Source: Gemmatimonadota bacterium (GTDB lineage: Bacteria > Gemmatimonadota > Gemmatimonadetes > Longimicrobiales > Gaopeijiaceae). Taken from it: DNA of 18,044 bases. The notes beneath the pieces were generated by a model that was not told the origin of the DNA, searched no databases, and saw nothing but the letters and a program-made list of their open reading frames with translations. The stretch spans positions 1-18,044 of the forward strand of contig SLDT01000096.1 in the NCBI GenBank assembly GCA_007125125.1, in the 5' to 3' direction. The translations under genes and the position numbers were made by a program. This document shows, piece by piece, positions 1-6,980 of this stretch; the first letter of the stretch is position 1; each line of letters starts with the position of its first letter.

Positions 1-2
1 TC

Positions 3-1073
3 ATGGCCGCCTACGTCTCGGCCCAGTTCGTGGCGGGCGGGAAGGCGATGGGGGCGAGCTTCGGACTCGACCCTCAGACCGGGGTGCTCCTGACCGCTCT
101 GATCGTCCTGGCCTACACGACGGCCGGCGGGTTCCTCGCCGTGAGCCTCACGGACACGCTGCAGGCTGCCTTCATGATCTTCGCGCTCCTCGCCCTGCCG
201 CTCCTGGCTGCAGCCGGTGCGGGGGGATGGGGGGTGGTGGTGGCCGAACTCCAGGGGTGGGAGCCCGCCTTCCTCGACCTCCTCTCCCTCGGCGGAGGCG
301 CCCTGATCGGGCTGCTCGGGATCGGCCTCGGGTCGCCCGGCAACCCGCACATCCTCGTTCGCTACATGTCGATCGCGAACCCGCGCGACCTCCGCTTTGC
401 CGCCTGGACGGGCACCACGGCGAATGTGCTCATGGGCATTGGGGCCGTCTTCATCGGAGTGACCGGGCGCGTCTGGTTCCCCGAACTCTCCATGCTCCCC
501 GGCGAGGACACGGAGAACCTCTATCCCCTCCTGGCGGGCGAGATCTTTCCCCCCGTGCTCTTCGGGATCGTCGTCGCCTCGATCTTCGCCGCGATCATGT
601 CGACCGCCGACTCCCAGCTTCTCGTTGGCGCCTCGGCGGTCGTGCGCGACCTCTACGAGAAGGGGATCCGCCGGGGGGCGGAGCTGCCGGACCGGGCCCT
701 CGTCCACCTCTCGCGCGGGGTCGTGGTGCTCCTCGTGATCGGCGCACTCCTCCTGGGATGGGTGGCCGAAGATCTTGTCTTCTGGCTCGTTCTCTTCGCC
801 TGGGCGGGGCTCGGCGCCGCCTTCGGGCCCACGACGATCCTCGTCCTCTTCTGGCGGCGGACGACGGCGGCCGGGGTCCTCGCGGGGATTGCGACGGGGG
901 CCGTGACCACGATCGTCTGGTATCTCACCCCCGCGCTCAAGGATCGGATGTACGAGCTGATCCCGGCCTTCCTCCTCGCGGGCGCCGTGACCATTGTCGT
1001 CAGTCTCCTGACGCGGCCACCCCCAGGTGCCGAGGCCGACCTCGCCCTCATGGGCGACGAGTCGGTCTCCTGA
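3..1073 (+). CDS. Sodium:solute symporter (SSS family) transporter, C-terminal ~356 aa; the 5' end lies upstream of the window
   Basis: The ORF is open from the window edge and stops with TGA at 1071-1073. The sequence is multi-pass hydrophobic, and it carries the SSS-family motif 'GSPGNPHILVRYMS' plus G/A-rich TM helices typical of PutP/PanF-like symporters. GC3 is high, as in the rest of the genome. Confidence 0.8.
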   Translation: MAAYVSAQFVAGGKAMGASFGLDPQTGVLLTALIVLAYTTAGGFLAVSLTDTLQAAFMIFALLALPLLAAAGAGGWGVVVAELQGWEPAFLDLLSLGGGALIGLLGIGLGSPGNPHILVRYMSIANPRDLRFAAWTGTTANVLMGIGAVFIGVTGRVWFPELSMLPGEDTENLYPLLAGEIFPPVLFGIVVASIFAAIMSTADSQLLVGASAVVRDLYEKGIRRGAELPDRALVHLSRGVVVLLVIGALLLGWVAEDLVFWLVLFAWAGLGAAFGPTTILVLFWRRTTAAGVLAGIATGAVTTIVWYLTPALKDRMYELIPAFLLAGAVTIVVSLLTRPPPGAEADLALMGDESVS

Positions 1074-1076
1074 TCA

Positions 1077-1107
1077 GAGGGTGTTTACAGCCTACGAATG
1101 GGTCCCT
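1077..1107. repeat. Copy A of a ~30-nt low-GC motif GAGGGTGTTTACA-n-CGAA-n-GGGTCCC immediately 3' of a plus-strand stop codon
   Basis: Direct comparison with 18008-18038 gives 13/13 identical bases for GAGGGTGTTTACA, then 13/17 for gcctacgaatgggtccc versus tactccgaaggggtccc. Both copies begin 1-4 nt after a TGA stop. This copy also encodes the last 5 codons of the convergent minus-strand gene. Confidence 0.5.
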
Positions 1108-2201
1108 CGTCCCCCTCCCCGGCGGGTCCAGATCGAGATCACCATGCACTCGCCGAACCACTCGAAGGGCATCTCCGTGCTTCCCCTGAAGATCTCCATC
1201 CCCTCGAGGTCGCCCGAGTCCGCGATCGAGAGGGCATCGTAGGCCGCGTCGTCCTCGCCGCCCCGGCTGGGGCCACCGAAGAGGTCGAGCCGTCCCATCT
1301 GCCAGCCGTCCACGACGACGAGCGCCCGGCAGCGGGCATAGGGGGCATGGGAGCGGGCGAAGTCGAGGGCACTTACCCCTTCCCACTCCTCGAGGATCTC
1401 CCCGTCGAAGAAGCGCCCGATGTTGAGCCGACCATAGAAATAGCGCCGTTCGTAGTACGGCCAGACCCAGACCGGCCGCTGCTCGTGCCACCAGTGGATC
1501 TCGCGCTCCCGGCCCGCCTCGGCAATGATCCCTTCGAGCTGTACGGGATCGGAGATGAGTTCCACATCGAGGACCGTCCCGCGGTCCGTGGCACCATCGA
1601 CGAGGATGCGGTCGGAGCGAGCGAACTCTCCGAGACGGGCCGTCACCCGATAGCCTGCGGTGCGAGGGACCCGAAGCCGGAACTCGCCCCCGGGGCGGGA
1701 CGTCACCGTCTGCACGGTGTCTCCGGCGCTTGTTTCGAGGATCACGTTCGCCCCGGTGATCGGTGTTCCCGTCCGCGAGTCCAACACCCGGCCCACGATC
1801 TCTCCCGGGCCTGCCGACAGAGGGGGAAGAATCGGGCGCGTCTCCGTCGGCGCCTCGTGAGGCTTGAGCGCGAAATCCAGCACGGTGACCTCGTCGGGCC
1901 CAAGCTCGACCCGACGCAGCTCCGAGCGCAGGTGCGCGGGGGAGGCCGCCGAGGCGACGTAGATGCCCTCGCCCGGGCGTTCGATCCGGTAGAGGCCCCG
2001 GGCATTCGTTCGCGCCGAAGCGATGGGCTGTCCATCCCAGCTCTCCAGGCTTACTTCGGCGCCTGCCACCGGCTGGCCCGACTCCTCATCCGTCACCGTG
2101 CCGGTGAGGACCGCCTGACCGGTTAGTGCACCGGGCACGAAGGGCAGGACGAGAAGGGACAGAAGGGCAGCGACCGGGTGGATCGTACTCCTTCGTCGCA
2201 C
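1092..2201 (-). CDS. Secreted protein with two carboxypeptidase-regulatory-like (CarbopepD_reg) domains followed by a TonB-dependent-receptor Plug-like domain; no beta-barrel (369 aa)
   Basis: This is the 539-aa ORF 1092..2711 trimmed to the GTG at residue 171 (2199-2201), which is preceded by GGAGGAGG and followed by a signal-peptide-like 'RRRSTIHPVAALLSLLVLPFVPGALTG'. Two 'TGxVxDxxSGxPvxGAxV'-type CarbopepD_reg segments are present ('TGTVTDEESGQPVAGAEVSL', 'GRVLDSRTGTPITGANVIL'). A TonB-box-like 'PVQLEGIIAEA' follows. The C-terminus, 'LVVVDGWQMGRLD...LSIADSGDLEGMEIFRGSTEMPFEWFGECMVISIWTRRG', matches the Plug core pattern (lvlvDGvp ... iervEvlkGpssalyG ... GvInIvTk). The stop is TAG, at the reverse complement of 1092-1094. 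Confidence 0.6.
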   Translation of the reverse strand: MRRRSTIHPVAALLSLLVLPFVPGALTGQAVLTGTVTDEESGQPVAGAEVSLESWDGQPIASARTNARGLYRIERPGEGIYVASAASPAHLRSELRRVELGPDEVTVLDFALKPHEAPTETRPILPPLSAGPGEIVGRVLDSRTGTPITGANVILETSAGDTVQTVTSRPGGEFRLRVPRTAGYRVTARLGEFARSDRILVDGATDRGTVLDVELISDPVQLEGIIAEAGREREIHWWHEQRPVWVWPYYERRYFYGRLNIGRFFDGEILEEWEGVSALDFARSHAPYARCRALVVVDGWQMGRLDLFGGPSRGGEDDAAYDALSIADSGDLEGMEIFRGSTEMPFEWFGECMVISIWTRRGGGRGTHS

Positions 2202-2203
2202 GG

Positions 2204-2656
2204 TCAACCCTCCTCCGGGAGCTTCACGCGGCCCTCCACGAGGAGCGCTTCCGCAGCCCGCTGGGCCGGGGCCGGATCGGGAGGAAGGCACACGGCCAAG
2301 GCACGTTCCCGCGCCTGATCCGGCAGGTGGAGGACCATCGCCGTGGGCGGGGGCGCCCCTTCGAGCGGGGTGGCACGTCCCGTTTCGTCGATGAGCACCG
2401 GGGAGCCCGGCTGGAGGGTGCGCGCGAGTTCGAGGCCGAACTCGAGCCATAGCCCGAGGGGATCGTCCGCTCCCTCGGCGATTGGCGCCACGACCTCGGC
2501 CTTCCACCGTTCGACCATCCGGGCGTAGGCCGACTCGTCCTTCTCGCGAAGAAGCCGCAGGAAGTCCCTGTAGCGCGGCCGCGGGTCCAGTGCGCGAGAC
2601 GAGGCAAGAGCCGTCTCGAAGCGCCGGTCTGCTTCTGCCTGTCGTCCGGGTTCCAT
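2204..2656 (-). CDS. Hypothetical cytoplasmic protein (150 aa), translationally coupled to the downstream CarbopepD_reg/Plug gene
   Basis: This is the ORF 2204..2800 trimmed to the ATG at residue 49 (MEPGRQAE...), which sits 5 nt downstream of an AAGAGGA Shine-Dalgarno. The ATG at 2662 has no spacer to that SD. The protein has no TM segments and I recognise no family. Its stop (TGA, 2204-2206) lies 2 nt from the GTG start of the next gene, whose SD (GGAGGAGG) is inside this gene's last codons. Confidence 0.5.
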   Translation of the reverse strand: MEPGRQAEADRRFETALASSRALDPRPRYRDFLRLLREKDESAYARMVERWKAEVVAPIAEGADDPLGLWLEFGLELARTLQPGSPVLIDETGRATPLEGAPPPTAMVLHLPDQARERALAVCLPPDPAPAQRAAEALLVEGRVKLPEEG

Positions 2657-2705
2657 CACCATCCTCTTCGTTCGCGAGCGGTCGCGGCCAGGGAGACCCT
2701 TCCCC

Positions 2706-2733
2706 TTGCATCGAAACCCCACTCCGCTAAAGT
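2706..2733 (+). promoter_or_regulatory. Candidate sigma-70-like promoter for the phosphoribosyltransferase gene (TTGCAT -16 nt- TAAAGT) in the divergent intergenic region
   Basis: This is the only AT-rich patch ('ctaaagtagaaaaacg') in the 164-bp divergent gap. It carries a -35-like TTGCAT (2706-2711) and a -10-like TAAAGT (2728-2733) with a 16-nt spacer, about 90 nt upstream of the ATG at 2821. No experimental support. Confidence 0.25.
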
Positions 2734-2820
2734 AGAAAAACGTCCCTTCCCTCGAATGGCGACCGGGGGGGCAGGGTCGGTAAGCTGACCTCCGGACCAT
2801 CCGACCGCAAGGAGCGGCCC

Positions 2821-3363
2821 ATGTATGACCCTATGTCTCGGGGCTCAGAGCCCCTCGTCCGCGAGGACCAGTTTCTCGAGCTCTCGTGGGAGATGTTCGG
2901 AGAGCTCTGCCGAGCCCTCGCGATGCGGGTCGCTCGGGAGTACGAACCGGACATGGTGGTGGGAATTGCGCGGGCCGGGGTGATCCCCGGAGCCATTCTG
3001 GCCTCGCTCCTGCGGATCGACTTCTACTCCCTCAAGATCTCGCGCTGGGAGGGGGGTGCGCGTGTGCGGGAGCGGCCTGCCGTCCTCTCGGCGGCACCGC
3101 CCCAGGCGCGGGGGCGGCGAGTTGTCCTCGTCGACGAGATCACGACCTCGGGCGATACCTTTCGGCTCGGGCTCGCGGCGCTGCGTGACGTGCAGCCGGC
3201 GGAGATCCGCACCGCGACGACCTTCGTGAGGCCCATGGGCTACAAGCCCGACTACTTCGCGCTCGAGACGGACCAGACGATTGTCTTCCCTTGGGACCGC
3301 AAGGTCTTCGACGAGGGGGAATGGGTGGTGAATCCGCGCTACGAGGGCGCGATCGACGACTGA
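2821..3363 (+). CDS. Type I phosphoribosyltransferase, Gpt-like xanthine/guanine PRTase family (180 aa)
   Basis: AGGAG SD 8 nt upstream of the ATG. The PRPP-binding motif 'VVLVDEITTSGDT' is present. The overall layout ('GIARAGVIPGAILA' ... 'FVRPMGYKPDYFALETDQTIVFPWD') parallels E. coli Gpt ('VSRGGLVPGALLA' ... '[29 protein letters not shown]'). Confidence 0.8.
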   Translation: MYDPMSRGSEPLVREDQFLELSWEMFGELCRALAMRVAREYEPDMVVGIARAGVIPGAILASLLRIDFYSLKISRWEGGARVRERPAVLSAAPPQARGRRVVLVDEITTSGDTFRLGLAALRDVQPAEIRTATTFVRPMGYKPDYFALETDQTIVFPWDRKVFDEGEWVVNPRYEGAIDD

Positions 3364-3409
3364 GCGTGTGCTCGCATGGCGTGCAGGCGGGGTCGGGAGA
3401 GGCCTGTCG

Positions 3410-4783
3410 TCAGCCACCGTCCTGCATCGAGTCGAGGAACTCCCGGTTCGTTTCGGTCCTGGACATCCGCGTCAGAAGAAACTCGATCGCATCGGCGGGG
3501 GGCATGTCTGCGAGGAAGTTGCGCAGCAGGTAGATCCGGTTGAGTTCGTGCTCGGTGAGCAGGAGCTCTTCCCGGCGGGTACCGGAGCGGTTCAGGTCGA
3601 TGGCGGGGAAGATTCGGCGGTCCGCGATGTGGCGGTCGAGGATCACCTCCAGGTTCCCCGTTCCCTTGAACTCCTCGAAGATGACCTCGTCCATCCGACT
3701 CCCCGTGTCGACGAGGGCGGTCGCGATGATCGTCAGGGATCCACCCTCCTCGATGTTGCGTGCAGCGCCGAAGAAGCGCTTCGGCTTGTGCAGGGCGTTC
3801 GCGTCGACACCGCCCGAGAGGATCTTGCCCGAGTGGGGAACGGTGACGTTGTAGGCTCGGGCCAGGCGGGTGATCGAGTCGAGCAGGATGACGACGTCCT
3901 TTCCATGCTCGACGAGTCGCTTGGCCTTGTCGAGGACCATCTCTGCCACGAGCGTGTGACGCTCGGCAGGCTCATCGAAGGTCGAGGAGATCACCTCGCC
4001 CCGGACCTGCTCCTCCATGTCGGTCACTTCCTCGGGGCGCTCGTCGATGAGGAGCACGATGAGGTAGATCTCGGGGTGGTTCTCCGTGATCGCGTTCGCG
4101 ATCTCCTGCAGGAGCATCGTCTTCCCGGCCTTGGGGGGCGAGACGATGAGTCCTCGCTGCCCCATCCCGATCGGGGCGATGAGGTCGAGAACTCGCATCG
4201 AGATGGAACCCGAGGCGTTCTCGAGGCGGATCCGGCGGTCGGGGTACTGCGGGCGGAGGTTGTCGAAGGAGAGCCGGTGCTTCGTGGACTCGGGGTCGTC
4301 GAGGTTGATCGACTCGACCTTGAGGAGGGCGAGATACCGCTCGCCTTCCTTCGGGGGTCGGACCTGCCCCACGATGGTGTCGCCGGTGCGCAGTTCGAAG
4401 CGCTTGATCTGGGAGGGCGACACGTAGATGTCGTCGGGCCCGTAGAGGTAGTTCCAGTCAGGGGAGCGGAGGAACCCGTAGCCTTCGGGAAGGACCTCCA
4501 GAACGCCTTCGCCCCTCAGAACGACATCGGTCTCGAGGAGGTTCTGCTCGATCTGGAAGATGAGGTCCTGCTTCCGCATGCTTGCGTGACCCGGAATCTC
4601 GAGCTCGTCCGCGAGGGTGAGGAGCTCCGACCTGTCCTTCTTCTTGAGTTCGGCGATGTCCAAGGAATGCTCCGGGTCCGTGCGGACCGGGGAGAGAGGT
4701 GCGAGCCGTTCCGCTGGGGACGGCGGACGCGTCTGGAGGGGGGAGTCGGACCCGATGCGGCTCGCGCGACAAGCAACATCCAT
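3410..4783 (-). CDS. rho: Transcription termination factor Rho
   Basis: Unmistakable Rho sequence: N-terminal domain '[23 protein letters not shown]', OB/RNA-binding region, Walker A '[15 protein letters not shown]', '[25 protein letters not shown]', and the C-terminal '[19 protein letters not shown]'. The start is uncertain. The ATG at 4783 adds about 40 aa of Pro/Ser/Arg-rich extension with no SD. An in-frame TTG at 4661-4663 (residue 41, directly before 'LDIAELKK') is preceded by GGAG at 6-nt spacing and would give an E. coli-sized protein of about 417 aa. Confidence 0.9.
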   Translation of the reverse strand: MDVACRASRIGSDSPLQTRPPSPAERLAPLSPVRTDPEHSLDIAELKKKDRSELLTLADELEIPGHASMRKQDLIFQIEQNLLETDVVLRGEGVLEVLPEGYGFLRSPDWNYLYGPDDIYVSPSQIKRFELRTGDTIVGQVRPPKEGERYLALLKVESINLDDPESTKHRLSFDNLRPQYPDRRIRLENASGSISMRVLDLIAPIGMGQRGLIVSPPKAGKTMLLQEIANAITENHPEIYLIVLLIDERPEEVTDMEEQVRGEVISSTFDEPAERHTLVAEMVLDKAKRLVEHGKDVVILLDSITRLARAYNVTVPHSGKILSGGVDANALHKPKRFFGAARNIEEGGSLTIIATALVDTGSRMDEVIFEEFKGTGNLEVILDRHIADRRIFPAIDLNRSGTRREELLLTEHELNRIYLLRNFLADMPPADAIEFLLTRMSRTETNREFLDSMQDGG

Positions 4784-4930
4784 GAGCGAGCGGACGGCGA
4801 GCGAAGAGTAGCCTGGACTCCAGGGTTCCTGAAGGGAGTGGCGCCAACGTAAGGGCGGGGGTCAACCCGGTCAAGGGGATCCGCTGCGGGGGGGCTCACG
4901 ACTTGACACGGGGGCCGGGGATCGGAACAT
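4784..4930 (-). promoter_or_regulatory. Rho 5' leader; the transcribed (minus) strand is strongly C-rich and G-poor (rut-like), a candidate autoregulatory attenuator region
   Basis: The plus strand over 4800-4920 is G-rich (runs GGGCGGGGG, GGGGGGG, GGGGGCCGGGG), so the rho mRNA leader is C-rich and unstructured-looking. Established: Rho autoregulates by Rho-dependent attenuation in its own C-rich leader (E. coli and others). The extent here is a guess. Confidence 0.3.
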
Positions 4931-5021
4931 TCGGCGTCCGGCGAGGGCGGGCTCCGGGCCGATGGAGGCAATTGGAACGCCGCGTGGACGCGCGCGGCCA
5001 GGTAAGCGATCGGGAGAGAGC

Positions 5022-5375
5022 GTGGCGCGACACAACCGCGAGGGGACCGGGACGGATCAGCGGGGATTCGAGTACCGGATCAGCTACCAGCCGGACTGGC
5101 TTCGGCACGTGAAGATCAGCCGCCGGCTGCCCACCGGCCGGCAGTCCACCATGACCCTCTTCCGCAACCCGGCCAGCCGGCGGGAGAGAGATCCCGGCAC
5201 CCAGATCCGGACCCGAATCACCTGTCAACGGCAGGACCTGGACGTCGAAGTCGCAGTTCGCTGCGATCAGGGGGGTGTCTGCAGGGTTGCCGTTGCGTGC
5301 GAGGTGCCATCGCCGGATGATACGGGCACCGAAGAGCTCGTCTTCACCTTCGAGAACGGCCTTCCCGGGTACTGA
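5022..5375 (+). CDS. Putative small hypothetical protein (75-118 aa depending on start), four Cys; located in the rho-mlaE gap
   Basis: Within the ORF 4962..5375, third-codon-position GC jumps to about 90-95% from about 5040 to the TGA at 5373-5375, with A/T-rich second positions. That is the same codon signature as bona fide genes here. The other two frames over the same DNA show about 55-60% at those positions. Candidate starts are the GTG at 5022 (with GGGAGAG just upstream), the GTG at 5109 and the ATG at 5151. The C-terminal part reads 'ITCQRQDLDVEVAVRCDQGGVCRVAVACEVPSPDDTGTEELVFTFENGLPGY'. No family recognised. Confidence 0.4.
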   Translation: MARHNREGTGTDQRGFEYRISYQPDWLRHVKISRRLPTGRQSTMTLFRNPASRRERDPGTQIRTRITCQRQDLDVEVAVRCDQGGVCRVAVACEVPSPDDTGTEELVFTFENGLPGY

Positions 5376-5440
5376 GGCCTCCGGAGATACCGGACCCGCA
5401 GCCGACCACTCGAACCTCCCTCTTTCGCCCCAACCGCGTC

Positions 5441-6220
5441 ATGCGAGTCCTACTCCAACCCTTTGTCCTCATCGGCCGCGGTGTGACCTCGGTCTCGGCC
5501 GGGATCGGGGCCTGGGGCCTGCTCACCGCGCGGACCGTCGGAGCCATGAGGCACCTTGACGTCTGGGTCCGGCTCCTTCTCCCACAGATGGCGCGGGTAG
5601 GGGTGGACTCGGTCCCGATCGCCCTGTTCATCGCGATGTTCACGGGGATCGTCCTCTCCCTCCAGGCCTCCTACACCTTCACCGGGGCGATCCCACTCTA
5701 CTTCGTGGGCGTCCTGGTGGGGAAGACGATCATGCTCGAACTGGGGCCCGTGCTGACCGGGCTCGCCCTGTCGGGTCGGGTCGGGGCGAACATTGCAGCC
5801 GAGCTCGGTACGATGCGGGTCACGGAACAGATCGACGCACTGGAGACGCTTGCGTATCCGCCCCTCGCCTACCTCGTCGTCCCGCGGGTCATCGCCGGGA
5901 TCATCATGTTTCCCCTCATCACCGCCCTCGCGATCGGGATGGGGATCTTCGCGGGGTGGGCCACCGCGATCCAGCTCCTGGACATGACCTCGGCCGAGTT
6001 CATCAGCGGCCTCATGCTCTTCTTCGTTCCCTTCGACGTGACCTTCGCGCTCGTGAAGGCCACGAGCTTCGGCTTCATCGTCACCTCGCTCGGGTGCTTC
6101 TTCGGCTTCAACACCCGAGGCGGGGCCGAGGGCGTCGGGAGCTCGACCACTCGCGCGGTCGTCGTGAGCAGCATGGTGATCCTCGTCCTCGACGCCTTCT
6201 GGGCGATCACTCTCCTGTGA
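5441..6220 (+). CDS. mlaE: MlaE/YrbE-family ABC transporter permease (MCE-associated)
   Basis: 259 aa with about 5 TM segments. The YrbE/MlaE hallmark region is present ('GPVLTGLALSGRVGANIAAELGTMRVTEQIDALETL', 'VVPRVIAGIIMFPLIT'). It is followed directly by ATPase and MCE genes. Confidence 0.85.
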   Translation: MRVLLQPFVLIGRGVTSVSAGIGAWGLLTARTVGAMRHLDVWVRLLLPQMARVGVDSVPIALFIAMFTGIVLSLQASYTFTGAIPLYFVGVLVGKTIMLELGPVLTGLALSGRVGANIAAELGTMRVTEQIDALETLAYPPLAYLVVPRVIAGIIMFPLITALAIGMGIFAGWATAIQLLDMTSAEFISGLMLFFVPFDVTFALVKATSFGFIVTSLGCFFGFNTRGGAEGVGSSTTRAVVVSSMVILVLDAFWAITLL

Positions 6221-6230
6221 GGGGCGTTCC

Positions 6231-6980
6231 ATGTCGATCGTGATCGAGGACCTTCACAAGAGCTTCGGCAAGAAGGATGTCCTGACCGGATTCTCGGCCG
6301 AGGCACGGGACGGGGAGACCCTCGTGATTCTCGGGGGCTCCGGGTCGGGGAAGTCCGTGACGATCAAGCACATCGTGGGGCTACTCGTCCCCGATCGCGG
6401 GCGCGTGCTCGTCGATGGCCAGATTGTCGCGGAGCTGTCCCAGGAGGAGCTCTTCGCACTCCGGCGACGGGTGGGGTATGTCTTCCAGTTCGCAGCTCTC
6501 TTCGACTCCATGACGCTGGCCGAGAACGTGGGACTCGGGCTGCGGCGGCAGAGGAGTTCCTCGGACGCGGAGATCCACGAACGGGTCTCCGAGTGCCTTG
6601 CCCTGGTCGACATGGAGGGCTTCGAGGACCGCTACCCCTCCGAGATCTCGGGTGGGCAGAGAAAGCGCGCCGGGATCGCCCGGGCGATCGCGACGAAGCC
6701 CGACTACATTCTCTATGACGAGCCGACCACGGGACTCGACCCGGTCACGAAGGCAATGATCGACAACCTCATCCTGAGGCTCAGCGAGGAGCTGGGCGTG
6801 ACCGGAATCGTGATCACCCACGACATGGACAGCGCCTTCCGCGTGGCCGACCGATTCGCGATGCTTCATGAGGGGCGTTGCCGGTTCTACGGAACGCCCG
6901 ACGAGATCCGGACGGCCGATGACCCCGTGGTGCGGGGCTTCATCGAGGGCCGTCCCGAACTTATGGAGAATGCCACATGA
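6231..6980 (+). CDS. mlaF: MlaF-like ABC transporter ATP-binding protein
   Basis: Walker A 'GGSGSGKS', ABC signature 'ISGGQRKRAGIARA', Walker B 'ILYDEPTTGLD', and H-loop 'ITHDM'. GAGGGG SD upstream of the ATG at 6231. Its stop overlaps the next start (ATGA at 6977-6980). Confidence 0.85.
   Translation: MSIVIEDLHKSFGKKDVLTGFSAEARDGETLVILGGSGSGKSVTIKHIVGLLVPDRGRVLVDGQIVAELSQEELFALRRRVGYVFQFAALFDSMTLAENVGLGLRRQRSSSDAEIHERVSECLALVDMEGFEDRYPSEISGGQRKRAGIARAIATKPDYILYDEPTTGLDPVTKAMIDNLILRLSEELGVTGIVITHDMDSAFRVADRFAMLHEGRCRFYGTPDEIRTADDPVVRGFIEGRPELMENAT

Noticed and set aside
4902-4931. Perfect TTGACA -35 hexamer at 4902-4907 on the plus strand, a possible promoter for the small ORF/mla operon
   Set aside because: The best -10 candidates at 17-18 nt spacing (GAACAT/AACATT) match TATAAT at only 3 of 6 or fewer positions. 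The sigma-factor consensus for this GC-rich lineage is unknown, so this is an untested possibility and I did not report it as a feature.
5061-5080. tRNA T-arm-like 'CGGGGATTCGAGTACCGG'
   Set aside because: The flanks do not form a complementary T-stem ('GGGGA' versus 'TACCG'), and I could not assemble an acceptor stem or anticodon arm. This is most likely chance.
4934-5220. RNase P RNA-like fragments ('GTCCGG...GGGCTCC', 'GCCAGGTAAGCG', 'AGAGAGC...AACCGC', distal 'CCGGAC' able to pair with 'GTCCGG')
   Set aside because: The near-invariant P4 sequence 'GGAAAGUCCGG' and 'ACAGAAnCCGGCUUA' are absent on both strands. The spacing of the matching bits is wrong. The same DNA shows strong protein-coding periodicity instead.
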